A stretch of 64,000 nucleotides of DNA from Eledone cirrhosa (GCA_964016885.1 OZ024749.1:7068001-7132000), one strand, 5' to 3'. Counted from the first letter of the stretch, positions 26,062 through 39,985 are shown. The notes: generated from the letters alone by a model not told the origin. Made by a program: numbers and translations.

Positions 26062-26400
26062 GCATCATCATTTCATTTTACGTCTGCTTTTTCCTGCTTG
26101 CAAGGGTGGGACGGGAACTGATTCTGGCTTGATTTCTACAGCTGGATGCCCTTCCTAACACCAACCTCATTTACAGTGAGTGCTGGGTGCTTTTTTTTTC
26201 CGTGGCGCCTCCACGACCACTTTGCAGTGGAATGATATGGACCCCAGTCCCTATCATCTCATTTCTACAGCTGAGTAAACTGGAGCAATGTGAAATAAAG
26301 TGTCTTGCTCAAGGAAACAACACATCACCCGGTCTGAGAATCGAACTCACAACCTTTCGATTGCAAGGCCAATGCTCTAACCACTAAGCCATGTGCCTCC
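26062..26400 (-). mobile_element. SINE family B
   Basis: Reverse complement of the 7764-8104 type. Confidence 0.85.
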
Positions 26401-26576
26401 ATTATATATATATATACACATATTATTAATGTTCGATATAACCAATATGTCTGTATATATGTGTGTGTGTGTGTATATACATATATATATATATATATAT
26501 ATGTGCGTACGTATGCATACTAATATATACATATATACGAACACACTCACACACATATATATATATATATATATAT

Positions 26577-26767
26577 AATGAAGGAGGTGTGGTAAGGAAC
26601 CAGGTGGACCATAACGCACCAGAGTACTCAATACTTAGGGTAGTAGAGTGGGTAATAGGAAAATGTTTGACCCCGACGGCAGAGCTCAAGCCGTTTTGAC
26701 GGCTATTTCTGGACACAGAAATAGCCGTCGAAATGGCTTGAACTCTGCCGTTGGGGTCAAACATTTT

Positions 26768-26772
<5 letters not shown>
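26577..26772. mobile_element. Foldback H5 element
   Basis: Inverted arms 26655-26711 and 26716-26772. Confidence 0.7.
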
Positions 26773-26805
<33 letters not shown>

Positions 26806-26949
26806 TAAACGGAAAAGAAAATGCTGACAAATTGTTCACAGTGAAAAATAGTTTAATTAGGAATAAATGAGAATTAGTAATAGTATTGGTTAGTATTCAG
26901 TTTTGGTTTTAAGTTTTATCATAACTTGTGTGTTACACCTCTATTCTTT

Positions 26950-26987
<38 letters not shown>

Positions 26988-26990
<3 letters not shown>

Positions 26991-27191
26991 ATAATAATAA
27001 AATTGAAGACTAAAATCCAAAGAGGGCTCGATAAGGAAAATATATATCAAAATATATAAGAACCGAAGAGCAAATATTTATTAATATAACAGATTAAAGT
27101 TTAAGCAAAGAATCGCTGCTTTCACCCTTAACGGGATCTTCTGGTGAAAGCAGCGATTCTTTGCTTAAACTTTAATTTGTTATATTAATAA

Positions 27192-27195
<4 letters not shown>
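26988..27195. mobile_element. Foldback element, family H7
   Basis: Arms invert near 27143; minus core CAGAAGA-TCCCGTTAAGGGT-GAAA. Confidence 0.7.
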
Positions 27196-27230
<35 letters not shown>

Positions 27231-28295
27231 AACATATATATCTCAGTTTCCCTATATTCCCTCTCCAAAATTTCACTGATATGGTATTAGTCAATGAAAG
27301 AGTACAGTTTCAGACATATAGAGCTCAGTGTGACTGAACCTGAAGCCATGTGGTTACATAGTGAAATCCTCAGCCACACAGCTATACCCAGTACATATAG
27401 TACATTTATTGTATTGTAATAATTATTTAATACATTCTGTGCAGTGATATTGTTTGCTGGAACTTATGTTATTTGGCAATCAAATCATTCACTGCTGCAT
27501 ACCGACATCATCATCATCATCGCCATTTAATGTCCTTTCTACCTGCTAGTAAGGGTTGGACAATATATGCTGTGGAAGCTAAGTGGCTTGTTTCCACAAT
27601 GCTCTTAAATTCTTTAATTGTATTGCTCATTCGGAAAGAGCTAAGTGAGTTATTTGCACAATGCTCTTAAATTCCATAACCATTTCTTGGCTGCACTATG
27701 TATAATTTACAAAGTCTGTGCGAGTCCACCAGATCAGCTTTACAACCACCCCTCTCACTCTACATATTCACCACCCTCTCTGATTTCACTCAAATCTGCT
27801 TTTAGTTGAAATCATCTCTCATTCTTTATTACTACTGCTACACACTCTCTCACTTTCTATTTTTCTTTCTCCAGCTTCAGACCTTGTAAAAGTTCTCTCT
27901 TCCTCATTACTTTCTTTCTATCAGTTGGCTTATGTCTTTTATTAGTGAAGGTTCCCCGTCTCCACTGCTCTCACTTCCTCCTCCTCCGCCATTCCATTTC
28001 TCTCTCTCCTCTCTTAATTCAGACCTTGTCAAAGGTGAAACTACTAATTTCTCTCTCAATATCATCTCTCTATCACAGACTTGGCTTATATCTTCTATAA
28101 GTTGAAACTAGCTTTCCCCCCCCCCCTCTACCCTCCCACTTTCCCCCAAAATCAAAAACTCTTTCATTTTGTATTAACTTTTCTTCCCAGACTTTACATT
28201 TCTTCATCGAACCAGTATTCTAGTCTATTTCAATGAATTCTTTCTTTTTCTTCCCAAACTTTATTCCAAGAACATGGTCTATTTTTGTTTTTCTT

Positions 28296-28920
28296 TGACA
28301 CACCTGAGAGGTAGAGTGATGATCTCAGGCCAGAGAGTTGTCCTTCAACACACCTGAAAGGTAGTTAGAATGATGGTCTCTGCCCTGAGAGGTTTTCCTT
28401 TGACACACCTGAAAGGTAGTTAGGGTGTTGGTCTCTGGCCCGAGAAGTTTTCCTTTGACACACCTGAAAGGTAGTTAGGGTGTTGGTCTCTGGCCTGAGA
28501 GGTTTTCCTTTGACACACCTGAAAGGTAGTTAGGGTATTCGTCTCTGGCCTGAGAGGTTTTCCTTTGACACACCTGAAAGGTAGTTAGGGTATTCGTCTC
28601 TGGCCTGAGAGGTTTTCCTTTGACACACCTGAAAGGTAGTTAGGGTATCCGTCTCTGGCCTGAGAGGTTTTCCTTTGACACACCTGAAAGGTAGTTAGGG
28701 TGTTGGTCTCTGGCCCGAGAGGTTGTCCTTTGACACACCTGAAAGGTAGTTAGGGTGTTGGTCTCTGGCCTGAGAGGTTTTCCTTTGACACACCTGAAAG
28801 GTAGTTAGGGTGTTGGTCTCTGGCCCGAGAGGTTTTCCTTCAACACACCTGAAAGGTAGTTAGAATGATGGTCTCTGGCCTGAAACATTTCCTTCGACAC
28901 ATCTGAGAGTTAGGGTGTTG
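28296..28920. repeat. 55-bp minisatellite (~11 copies)
   Basis: TGACACACCTGAAAGGTAGTTAGGGTGTTGGTCTCTGGCCTGAGAGGTTTTCCTT unit. Confidence 0.92.
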
Positions 28921-29368
28921 CTCTAATGCCTGAAATGTCATGAGTTTGATTCCTGGTCAATATGGCGTATTGTGTCCTTCAACAAGACATTTCATTCTAC
29001 TCTGCTCCAGTCCACTCAGTCCGCTCAGCTGAAACTGGGTACCACCAATAGCTGGGATTAGCGCTACCTCTGACTGGTTTCCCATCATGTACTCTCATTT
29101 ACTTAACCTTTTCATTGATGAATTTCTAACAAAATACCTAACTGCCAATCCCTTTCAAATCCTTTTGAAAATAATCAAGAAACTGGAGCTTTATTAACAT
29201 ACCCGACTTTCTCATTATTAAGGTGATGTTTGGAACATAACTTAAAATCCTATTCTCAAACTATATATATATATATATATATCACCACCACCCCACTCTC
29301 CAGAGCGTGAAATTAATAAACATTCGTTGTACTGCCTCTCTGTTTTGTTCCTGTTCAAACTTTTCCAT

Positions 29369-29444
<76 letters not shown>

Positions 29445-29531
29445 ACACTGGAAGGCAATATCCGTAGTGGTAGAGCACTCAGTCCATGGGACGAGTTAGG
29501 TAGAAGTGGTTACACAACAGTTAGTTCACCA

Positions 29532-29574
29532 TACCGAGAACAATTGTTTCACCTTACCGGATCCTCAGCTCGTA
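29532..29574 (-). ncRNA. Minimal hammerhead ribozyme (H6) in foldback element 29444-29643
   Basis: Reverse complement: CGAG-CTGAGGA-TCCGGTAAGGT-GAAA-CAATTG-TT-CTCG. Confidence 0.8.
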
Positions 29575-29695
29575 TTGGCCGAGGATCCGCTAAGGTGAAA
29601 CAATTGTTCTCGGTATGGTGAACTAACTGTCGTGTTACCACTTATATATATATATATATATAAACTAACTGGTGTATTACCTTTTCAACATATTG

Positions 29696-29743
<48 letters not shown>

Positions 29744-29769
29744 TGTGTGAGTCCTGGGTTCAATCGGGG

Positions 29770-29932
29770 GGTAACCACAGTGAATAAGGTACTCAATACA
29801 TTAGTAGAGTGTAAACAACAAATCTAATATAGAAATGGCTTCTACAGGACTAGAACTGTTTCATTTGAAGAGCTTTCCTGATGATTTCCTTTGAATGAAA
29901 CAGTTCTAGTCCTGTAGAAGTCATTTCTATAT
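29770..29932. mobile_element. Foldback element, family H4 (partial hammerhead)
   Basis: Arms ~29828-29866 and ~29894-29932; CTGATGA..GAAA-CAGTTCTAG-TC; helix I not recoverable. Confidence 0.55.
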
Positions 29933-30086
29933 CAATTATATATCTATATCCTATTAGGTTCTTATATCTATTTATTCTTTTAATTGAGTTTTGTGAACCA
30001 TATTATTTTAATCAGTATTTTCTTCACCCTGGCAGTTTCTGTCCCTTGTGACATATATAGTCATAAATTTATCTCTCTTTACTGTG

Positions 30087-30127
<41 letters not shown>

Positions 30128-30496
30128 TGTTAGGAAGGGCATCCAGCTGTAGAAATCAAGCCAAAATCAGTTCCCGTATGAGCAAGACAAGGTCACCCGA
30201 CCTGGCATTGCCCACAACAGAAACAAACCGTCTAACCCATGCTAGCGTGGAAGAATGGACGTAAAACGGTGATGATGACAATATATATATATATATATAT
30301 ATATATAGTATAAAAGAGAAAACACAGGTAAGCATTAAGAGAAGGATTTTATCCAGGTATTTACGACCGTTTCATTGGTAAGTGCAACCTTATATTGCTA
30401 TACTGCAAATAGCACCCACTCAATTATAATTGTTGTTCACAATCCAAATTTTCAAAATGTTCTGCTTCCCTAACTATATATATATATATATATATC

Positions 30497-30968
30497 TATA
30501 ATTAAATGACAGGAGGCTGGATTTCTGTAAATCCTTGAAAGGTTTATTATACTATGATCATTTCAATGACCGGGTTCCGTATGAATCCGGTGATATCATC
30601 AGGTATTCAAAATATAATACGTGAATGTAACAGATAAAATCCATGGGGCTGAAAATCAAGGACCCGAGGGCGACTGCCATCCAGCATCTTCTACCTTTGC
30701 CGGTCGCCCGAATACCTGATGATATCACCGGATTCATACGGAACCCGGTCATTGAAATGATCATAGTATAATAAACCTTTCAAGGATTTACACAAATCCA
30801 GCCTCCTGTCATTTCATTATAATATTTAACTCCGTAATAGCACCACCAACTACAAAAACAAAGACGGTTGAACTGCTTTACGTTGAGTACTCTCTGTATT
30901 ATTACATTGCGATTGACCATACGAAATTGACCAGCTCTATCCAGTGGTGAACCTCAAACCTGAATAAA
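30497..30968. mobile_element. Foldback element, family H3
   Basis: Arms 30497-30608 and 30710-30821 plus tail; flanked by (TA)n. Confidence 0.8.
30712..30769 (+). ncRNA. Minimal hammerhead ribozyme (H3)
   Basis: ATAC-CTGATGA-stem II (ACCGG..CCGGT)-GAAA-TGATCA-TA-GTAT; mirror copy at 30549-30606 (-). Confidence 0.82.
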
Positions 30969-31124
30969 TATATATATCTATATATAGACACACACACATG
31001 CAGCAGGGTTCTGCACAATCAATGCCAACAAATTTTCCCCAGATGGCTCAGTAGAACCAAGGAATGATAGAGGACAGTAAACCAAGTTGCTGTACAATGA
31101 AATTGAACCTAGAAACACTTGGTT

Positions 31125-31382
31125 GATGCTCAGGTGCAATAAACTAGCTCCTTCTATTGCCCAGATGGTTCTATAGAAATAGTGGACACTTTCCGTTACG
31201 TGGGTGACAAAATCAGCAGTGGTGGAGGGTGCTCTAAAAGTACAGTAGCTAGAGTCAGAACTGGATGGAAAAGGTTCAGAGAGCTTATACCACTGTTGGC
31301 CACAAAAGGTTTCTCTCTAAAAATGAAAGGCAGACTGTATGATGCCTGTATATGAACAGCAATGTTACATGGTAATAAGACA
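31125..31382 (+). mobile_element. RTE family 2 internal fragment
   Basis: Matches 46990-47270. Confidence 0.85.
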
Positions 31383-31641
31383 CACTCACAGATCCATAAG
31401 TATAAATGGTGGTGTCCTGCTTTGACCAGTTTTGCTCAATGACTGAAAGAATTAAAATAATCAGAGATATCTTTCAAATTATAAATGTGAGGAAAGAATA
31501 GATCCTATATATATATATACATATATATATAGTAATAATAATAAATATGAAGACTAAAATCGAAAGAGGGCTCGAAAAGGATAAATATATATCAAATATA
31601 TAAGAACCGGAGAGCAAATATTTATTAAAATAACACATTAA

Positions 31642-31692
31642 AGTTTAAGCAAATAATCGGTGCTTTCATTCTTAACAAGATCTTCTGAAACT
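31642..31692 (-). ncRNA. Hammerhead variant (H7, CAGAAGA core)
   Basis: Reverse complement: AGTTT-CAGAAGA-TCTTGTTAAGAAT-GAAA-GCA..TGC-TT-AAACT. Confidence 0.6.
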
Positions 31693-32068
31693 CATATATA
31701 TATATATATATATCCAAAATTAAATTAAGGGTTGTCATGTCTGAGAGACATGCGCCATATCCACTGCAGAATAAGCTCAAAGATTCCAATGAATAGATCC
31801 GAGCATTTTATATCAACTAGAAATAGATTGACATATATATATATATATAAAATAAACATTACAAATTATTCTCTGTGATTGTTCCATATGTTTATTTTAT
31901 ATATATATATATATATGTCATAGCGGCGATGAATTAGTTTTGCGAGGTTTTTTATATGAAATCGTGTGTTCTGTTATTAATTCTGACAATATTACGCAAA
32001 TATGACCCTCCCCAGATATAACAATATATATATGTCAATCTATTTCTAGTTGATATATATATATACAT

Positions 32069-32106
<38 letters not shown>

Positions 32107-32282
32107 TTTTTTCAATACCTCTAAAAGGGGTCTAATGAGCTGTGGATTATAGAGTCAAGCTAGATTGATACAGATCAAACCTGGAGCTGATTGGTGGCAA
32201 AACATGCGTCATCGACCAATAAATGTAATGAAGGAGTAACCACTCGTCCTTGTTTTATTTTATTACATATATATGTATATAA

Positions 32283-32315
<33 letters not shown>

Positions 32316-32535
32316 GGAACAAGTAGGACCCCGACGGCTGAGCTCAAGCCATTTCGACGGGTAATTCTGGAATAAAATGTCTAGAATTAGCTAGATTTTA
32401 GTCCAGAATTAGCCATTGAAACGGCTTGAGCTCAGCCGTCGGGGTCCTACTCATTCCTATTACCCACTCTACTACTGTAAGTATTGAGTACTTTGGTGCG
32501 TTATGGTCCATCTGGTTCCTTACCACATTTCCTTC

Positions 32536-32538
<3 letters not shown>
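32316..32538. mobile_element. Foldback H5 element
   Basis: GAAA-CGGCTTGAGCTCAGCCG-TC on the plus strand; inverted partial copy on the left. Confidence 0.7.
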
Positions 32539-32581
<43 letters not shown>

Positions 32582-33075
32582 CACCCAGTCCACACTGTAA
32601 ATTGGTCATGTTGGTGTCACAACAAAAGGCACCCAGCACACACTGTTAATGTGGTTGGCATTAGGAAGGGCATCGAGCTGTAGAAACCGGGCCAAAATCA
32701 ACCCCGGGTGAGCAAAACAAGGCCCTGCCGCCTGATCTCTCTCAAAAGGACAGCCCATCCTACCCATGTGTGGAAAATGTATGTTAAACAATGATGATGA
32801 TATATTTATATATTTACATTAGAGACCATCACAGTGATATTTTTATTTCTTGATATAGGAAACATTCAATTTTTTTTATTATTACCTTTACCTCCATATT
32901 TCATTTTTCTATGTCAAAAAAATACAATTATATATTTTTATATGTCTTCATTGTAGATGTTGTTGGTGTCCTTCCCTCACCCACAATACATCGTTTTATG
33001 TGTGTGTGTGTGTATATATATACACACACACACATATATATAAATATACATACATACACACATATACACACATGT

Positions 33076-33106
<31 letters not shown>

Positions 33107-33139
33107 CATTTTGTTTATTGTATATATAAATAAAATATT

Positions 33140-34200
33140 AACCCCCACCATCACCACTACCACTACAACCATCACCACCAACACCAACACCACCACCACT
33201 ACCACCATGATCATCAACACCACCACCACAACCATTATCACTGCCGTCATCACCACCACACCACCACCACCGCCACTACTACTACTACAAAAATAGAAAA
33301 AAAGGGAAAAAACATCAATAATTGAAAAACAGATATTTGGAGGGGAGTGGTTAGAGGAAGGGCTACTTCTCTCTCTCTCTCCTCTATATCACTCTTCTAT
33401 ATGCTTGTGGTTCTTGATACTGTTTTTACCATCATTATCATTGCCACCACCCCCACCACCACCACTACCACCACCATAGCCATCACCACCACCACCATCA
33501 ACATTACCAACACCACCACCACCACCACCAACACCACCACCAACACCACCATCATCACCACTACCAACACCACCGCCACCACCATCAACACCACCACTAC
33601 CACCATCAACATCACCAACACCACTACCAACACCACCACCACTACCACCAACACCACCACCACTACCACCAACACCACCACCACTATGAACACCTCCACT
33701 ACCACCAGCACCACCACCATCACCATCACCACCACTATCAACACCACCACCACCACCACTATGAACACCTCCACTACCACCAGCACCACCACCATCACCA
33801 TCACCACCACTATCAACACCACCACCACCACCACCACTATGAACGCCACCATCACCAACACCACCACCACCACCATGAACACCACCACCACCACCACCAC
33901 CACTATGAACACCACCACCAACACCACCACCACCACCACTATCAACACCACCACCACCACCACCACTATGAACACCACCATCACCAACACCACCACCACC
34001 AACACCACCACCACTATCAACACCACCACCACCACCACCACTATGAACACCACCATCACCAACACCACCACCACCACCAACACCACCACTACCACCACTA
34101 TCAACACCACCACCACCATCACCACCACCACCATCACCACTATGAACACCACCATCACCACCACCAACACCACCACTACCACCACCACCACCACCACCAA
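33140..34200. repeat. (CAC/ACC)n compound trinucleotide repeat
   Basis: Direct reading. Confidence 0.92.
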
Positions 34201-34319
34201 CCTACAGCCCCCACCACCTCCTGTTTACACTGCCCCTCCTCCTACTACTCCCACTCTATATCTGTGTTTCTCAAACATTGATTTAGTCAAATTTAGTTTT
34301 CTTTTACAGCAAACAAAAT

Positions 34320-34384
34320 AATATATACACACACACACATTAAAACACACACACACACATACACACACACACCCACACATTAAA

Positions 34385-34417
<33 letters not shown>

Positions 34418-34902
34418 TTAAAACACACACACACACACATACATACAAACACACACACACACATTAAAACACACACACACACATACACACACATTAAAAC
34501 ACACACACACACACACACATACATACACACACACACACACACACATTAAAACACACACATACACATACACACATTAAAACACACACACATACATACACAG
34601 ACACATACATACACACACATACATACACACACACACATACACACATTAACACACACACACATACATACACACATTAACACATACATACACATACACACTC
34701 ATTGACACATACACAGACACATACATACACACACACATAGATACATATACATTAAAACACACACACACACACATTACCACAGAAAGACACATACACACAC
34801 ATACATACATACACACATTAACACACACACACACATCTATAAATATATAAATATGTAAGTTTAGTTGTTCCCTACTATACATATATATATACATATATAT
34901 AC

Positions 34903-34935
<33 letters not shown>

Positions 34936-34993
34936 AGTGAATGCAAAATGATAAGGATGATATATATATATATATATGTGTGTGTATGTGTGA

Positions 34994-35042
<49 letters not shown>

Positions 35043-35203
35043 TGTGTGTGTATGTGTGTGTGTATGTGTGAGTGTGTGTATATATATATATATATATATA
35101 TGATTGTGTGTGTATGTGTGTGTGTATGAAGTGTGAGTGTGTGTGTGTATATATATATATGTGTGTGTATGTGTGTGAGTGTGTGTGAGTGTTTGTGTAC
35201 ATA

Positions 35204-35235
<32 letters not shown>

Positions 35236-35447
35236 CATATATGTGTGTGTGTATGTGTGTGTGAGTGTGTGTGTATATATATGTGTGTGTGTGTATGTGT
35301 GTGTATATATATGTGTGTATGTATATATATGTGTGTATGTGTGTGTGTATGTGTATGTGTGTATATATATATATATGTGTGTGTATGTGTGAGTGTGTCT
35401 ATATATATATGTGTGTGTGTGTGTGTATGTGTGTGTGAGTGTGTGTG

Positions 35448-35497
<50 letters not shown>
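34320..35497. repeat. (CA)n/(TG)n/(TA)n compound microsatellite
   Basis: Direct reading. Confidence 0.92.
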
Positions 35498-35499
<2 letters not shown>

Positions 35500-35630
35500 C
35501 ATTTGCAAAACAAACTATTTCATGGGTGAAAATATAGCAAATATTGAAGGCATCAATTATGAAGTTAAATTTGAACATCTATTTGACACCTATATAAATA
35601 CACACACAAACACACACCCATATATACGCG

Positions 35631-35673
<43 letters not shown>

Positions 35674-35803
35674 CTACACAGGCATACATCCATACATATA
35701 TCTACACATACACACAGGTACATGACTGCACCTTGTTAGCAAGGGAGTCTGATATTTTATGATTATATGCACTTAAGTATATGCATATATATATATATAC
35801 ACA

Positions 35804-35876
35804 CAGGGTGTGCCCAAAAATGTATACACACTCCAACAAAATTCTAATAAACGTATACATTTTTTGGGACACCCTG
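35804..35876. mobile_element. Tc1/mariner-type mini-MITE
   Basis: CAGGGTGT..ACACCCTG-TA. Confidence 0.7.
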
Positions 35877-36197
35877 TATATATATATATATATATATGAA
35901 AAAGAGAGAGAGAGAGAGAGCAATACAAGCTTATGTACATACTCACACATATATGTTTGTATATATATACATATATAAATATATATATTTGTTGGTATAT
36001 AGGTGTGTGTGTGTGTATATATATATATATATGTATATATGTATATATATATATATAATTCTTATTTGTCTAACACAGAGAGAAAATAAATTAACCTATT
36101 TATGTGTCATACATTCATATAAACACATACATACACACACGCATATATATATATACTGTATACATACACACATATGCATATATATGCACACACATGC

Positions 36198-36232
<35 letters not shown>

Positions 36233-36841
36233 AGAGTGTATATATAACATTGTATATAAGTTCTAGCTTCACCACTATTATATAGTTGGCAGAATATAGG
36301 TTGTATCAGTTCAAATTATTTCATTATAGATATTTACAGAAGGAAAAAGAAGTTTTATGGTAACCTTTGTTTAGTACCCATGTTTTATATTTCTATAAAT
36401 ATATTTCAATATATCTATTGTATTCCTTTCTACTTTCATGGTTAAGACTGCTAGCTTTTGACTCATACATCCTTGCTTTCATTGATTTCCTAAGTACTAA
36501 ATCTTGGAATGCCGATGCCACAGCATGGCCAGCGCGTGTATATGTAAAGTGTAAATACCCGCTTCACTAGCATGGGTCTTACACCGTGAAATCTCTCCTC
36601 CATAGCCCCAATCCAATCAACAGTCACCCATGCAGCCCAGTTTCCCCTTTCGTGCCACTAATCTTGACCAAGGAAAAGGCAATGGCCGATACAACTTGGC
36701 ACCGTTGATGTTGCAACTTATTTTTCTGGCTGAGTGAACTGTAGGAATGTGAAATAAAGTGTTTTGCTCAAGGACACAATACATCACCTTGCCTGGGAAT
36801 CAAACTCACAACCTCACAATTGTGAAGCCAATGCTCTAAGC

Positions 36842-37241
36842 CAGGGGTTGGCAACCTGCGACCTGCGGGCCGGATCCGCCCACGAGAACTAATGCCCAAT
36901 GAGTTGTTTATTTAAAATTTAAATTTATTGTAATATGAGAAATGAGATATCTTACTCTTGGCAACAAATTTGAAACCTAATATTGAGAAGCTTTCAAGGA
37001 ACAAACAACATCAAGTCTACCATTAATTTTTTTGGCTGCTATGTATTTTTAAGATTTTTTAAACAACGATGTTTTAAATTGAATAAACAGTGTTTTTCCA
37101 TTACTACATTCATCTGTGGTTAATACAAATTATTTTTTAAGTATAGTCAACACTCGTGATTAAATTTTAGCTTGTGTAATTTAGCTATCCGTCATTAATA
37201 CTCGATCCGGCCCGTGGAGGCAAAGAAGTTGCCAACCCCTG
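36842..37241 (+). mobile_element. hAT (Charlie-like) non-autonomous transposon, 400 bp
   Basis: TIR CAGGGGTTGGCAAC; 8-bp TSD CTCTAAGC; transposase C-terminus LKPNIEKLSRNKQHQVYH*; inserted in a SINE. Confidence 0.92.
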
Positions 37242-37377
37242 CTCTAAGCAGTAAACCTTACAATATTCATAAATATATATATGACCACATGGCAACAATT
37301 GTGATTTGAAAACTGAATTAGTAGCTTTCACCATATTTTTGGCTACAGAAAATAATGTAATAACAGGGCACATAAAC

Positions 37378-37800
37378 TTCTTCTTTGCCCACTTATTCCT
37401 GAGAGGGTCATGGGGCAGAATCCTTAAACACTCCCTCCAGAGGGGCCTGTCAGAAGCAACCATCTCCAACTGATCCAGCTGGATATCCAAGTGAGACCAG
37501 CAGAGCTCATGGATGTTATCCAAGCCCTTGTTCGGGGTCTACCCCTGGCTCTCCTGTCAGTTGGTTTCGCCCATAAAATCTGTCCAGCGATTCTTTCCTG
37601 AAACATTCTAACCACGTGTCCATAGTATTGGAGCTGTGATTGCTCAATTCAGAGAAGTAGCATCTCTATCTGGAAGGACTCTCTGATCTCTGAACTACAC
37701 ACTTTATCGAGTAACATTACTCCAAAGACCCTTTAGAGGAACCCCATTTCGGCTGCTTGTATTCACAATTGTATTCTTTCAGTCATTACCCAAGAAATAC
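37378..37800 (-). mobile_element. RTE family 3 3' fragment
   Basis: Reverse complement matches 51410-51830. Confidence 0.8.
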
Positions 37801-38287
37801 AAAACATTTGTGCGTGTGTGTATATATATATATGACACAAACAAAATGGCGTAGGACAGAAGAAAGGAAAGGCACAGAAACGAAGAAAGAAATCCCCAGT
37901 CACTGAAGAGGTCACAGAGTGTGTGACGAAAGAACTATGACTATATATATATAAACAACTATCTGGTTGTGGAACCAACCAACCAACCAGAAATTTATAA
38001 ATTTGTAAATTTATAAATATATAATAAATTAAATTGAAGTGAAAGCAACTGGTGCGTGTGTTTCTTATTGGCAACATGACCCTCCCAAAGTATAACAATA
38101 TCGGTTTCAACACACGATTTCAGATAAAGAATCTTGCTAAACAAATTCAGAAACGAAATATATATATATATATATAAACGTTTGGAGTTAGAAGGCCAAA
38201 ACAATGCACGTATGGATATAGAATATAAATACAAATGCAAAAGATATTGCTGACAATTAGTCTTTTACCTTAAATTTATTTGAATAT

Positions 38288-38322
38288 CCTTAATTTTCGA
38301 GATAATATCTCTTCTTCGGAGG
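38288..38322 (-). ncRNA. Ultra-minimal hammerhead variant (CCGAAGA core)
   Basis: Reverse complement: CCT-CCGAAGA-AGAGATATTATCTC-GAAA-AT-TA-AGG. Confidence 0.5.
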
Positions 38323-39531
38323 GAAGTAAATATACATATATACATATATATATATATATAAGCTTCTTATCATCATCACTATTTAATGTCCATTTTTCCC
38401 TGTTGGCATGGGTTAGATAAGTTATCCTGTTTTAAGCAATGCCAGGTCAGGTGACAATATCTTGCTCATACAGAATTCTGGCTTGCTTTCTACAGCTGGA
38501 TGCCCTTCCCAGCACCAACCTCATTTACAGTGAGTGCTGGATGCTTTTTGTCGTGATGCCTACATGACCTCTTTATAGTGTGGGCTGGGTGCTTTTTGTC
38601 ATGTCGCCATCACAACCACTTTACAGTGTGGGTTGAGTGCTTTTTGTCATGTCGCCATCACAACCACTTTACAGTGTGGATTGAGTACTTTTTATCATGT
38701 CGCCATCACAACCACTTTACAGTGTGGGCTGGAGGTTTTACTGGATGTATACTTTAGCTAAGCTTCCAGAATGAAAAAAAATGGCCATCAGTTAAGTTTT
38801 TGCTAAAATGCACAGTTTATAAGATTTTAATTGATATAAATATATTTTCCTAATTTCTATTGACTACAAATAGTTTCATACCTCGAAGGCACTTGGGATA
38901 ATGTCTCTTAACCAAACTTTACTTGTTCATTATTAAAATGAAAATACCAATAAATATGAATCTTATTCTGTTTGAATTATCAGCTAACCATGCCAATCAG
39001 TTGTCATGCTTCTGTTAATACTCTGTATTTCCATTTCTGTATGTCCATCATCAATTTATGTTCAATTTTCCAAACTGGACAAGTGATTACAGACTAAATC
39101 TGTACTCCATTGGAGTAACTGTCTTCCGAGACAGGTCAAGAGACCATGTCTTGCTCATTACAATTCAATTCTTGGCATGGTTTCTATGGCTGCAGACTTT
39201 TCCTAATGCCAACCACTTTACACTGTTTTGGATGTATTTTATTGTGACAGCAGCACCAGGTAGATTCGTATGACCTTCACATGACTTCCTATGTCTACGT
39301 TTCTCTCAGCATTATAATGGATGGCTGAATTCATCTATGTTAGCATATTTTTTACAATTATTCAATATGTGTTAGTGTGTGTGTTTATCCATGTGTTAGT
39401 GTGTGCGTTTATACATGTTTGTGTGTTGTTGTGTATTTATACATGTGTTTGTGTGTGTACATATATATATATAAATAGGTAGAATGATATTGGTTAAGAC
39501 TGGTAACACCATTATTCAACTTAGTTCTTTA

Positions 39532-39753
39532 TCATCATCATCATCATCATCGTTTAACGTCCATTTTCCATGCTAGCATGGGTCTGGACGGGAATTGTCC
39601 CACTTGAGGCAAGATTGGTTGTCTTGCTCAGGACTGTCTGGCGGGTTTTCTACGGCTGGATGCCCTTCCTAACACCAACCACGTTTACAGTGTGGACTGG
39701 GAGGTTTTTACCGTGTTACCTACACGGCCACATTACAGCGTGGACTGTGTGTT
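39532..39753 (-). mobile_element. RTE family 2 3' UTR fragment
   Basis: (ATC)n tail plus UTR match. Confidence 0.8.
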
Positions 39754-39949
39754 TTCTTCTCTATACTTATGAAATTTTCCCAACTAGGTTTGGGGAAATA
39801 CTGGTAATCCCAAAAACCTTATAGTATAAATATCAAGATAGTCGATTGAATACGCACGTCTGTTTTTTTTCTCCCAATTTTTTTCCTCATTTTCTCCATT
39901 CCTTCCTCTCATCACTTTTTACTTTCTATTTATCTTCGATTTTTAACTA

Positions 39950-39985
39950 TCTTCTGATGAAAGACTAGTGTCTGAAACGTTAAGA
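39950..39985 (+). ncRNA. Ultra-minimal hammerhead ribozyme
   Basis: TCTT-CTGATGA-A-AGAC(TAGT)GTCT-GAAA-CG-TT-AAGA; helix III is the palindrome AACGTT. Confidence 0.7.

Noticed and set aside
33347-34321. 324-aa Thr-rich mucin-like ORF
   Set aside because: Explained by the (CAC)n repeat; also open on the opposite strand; no splice or domain evidence, though it cannot be fully excluded without RNA-seq
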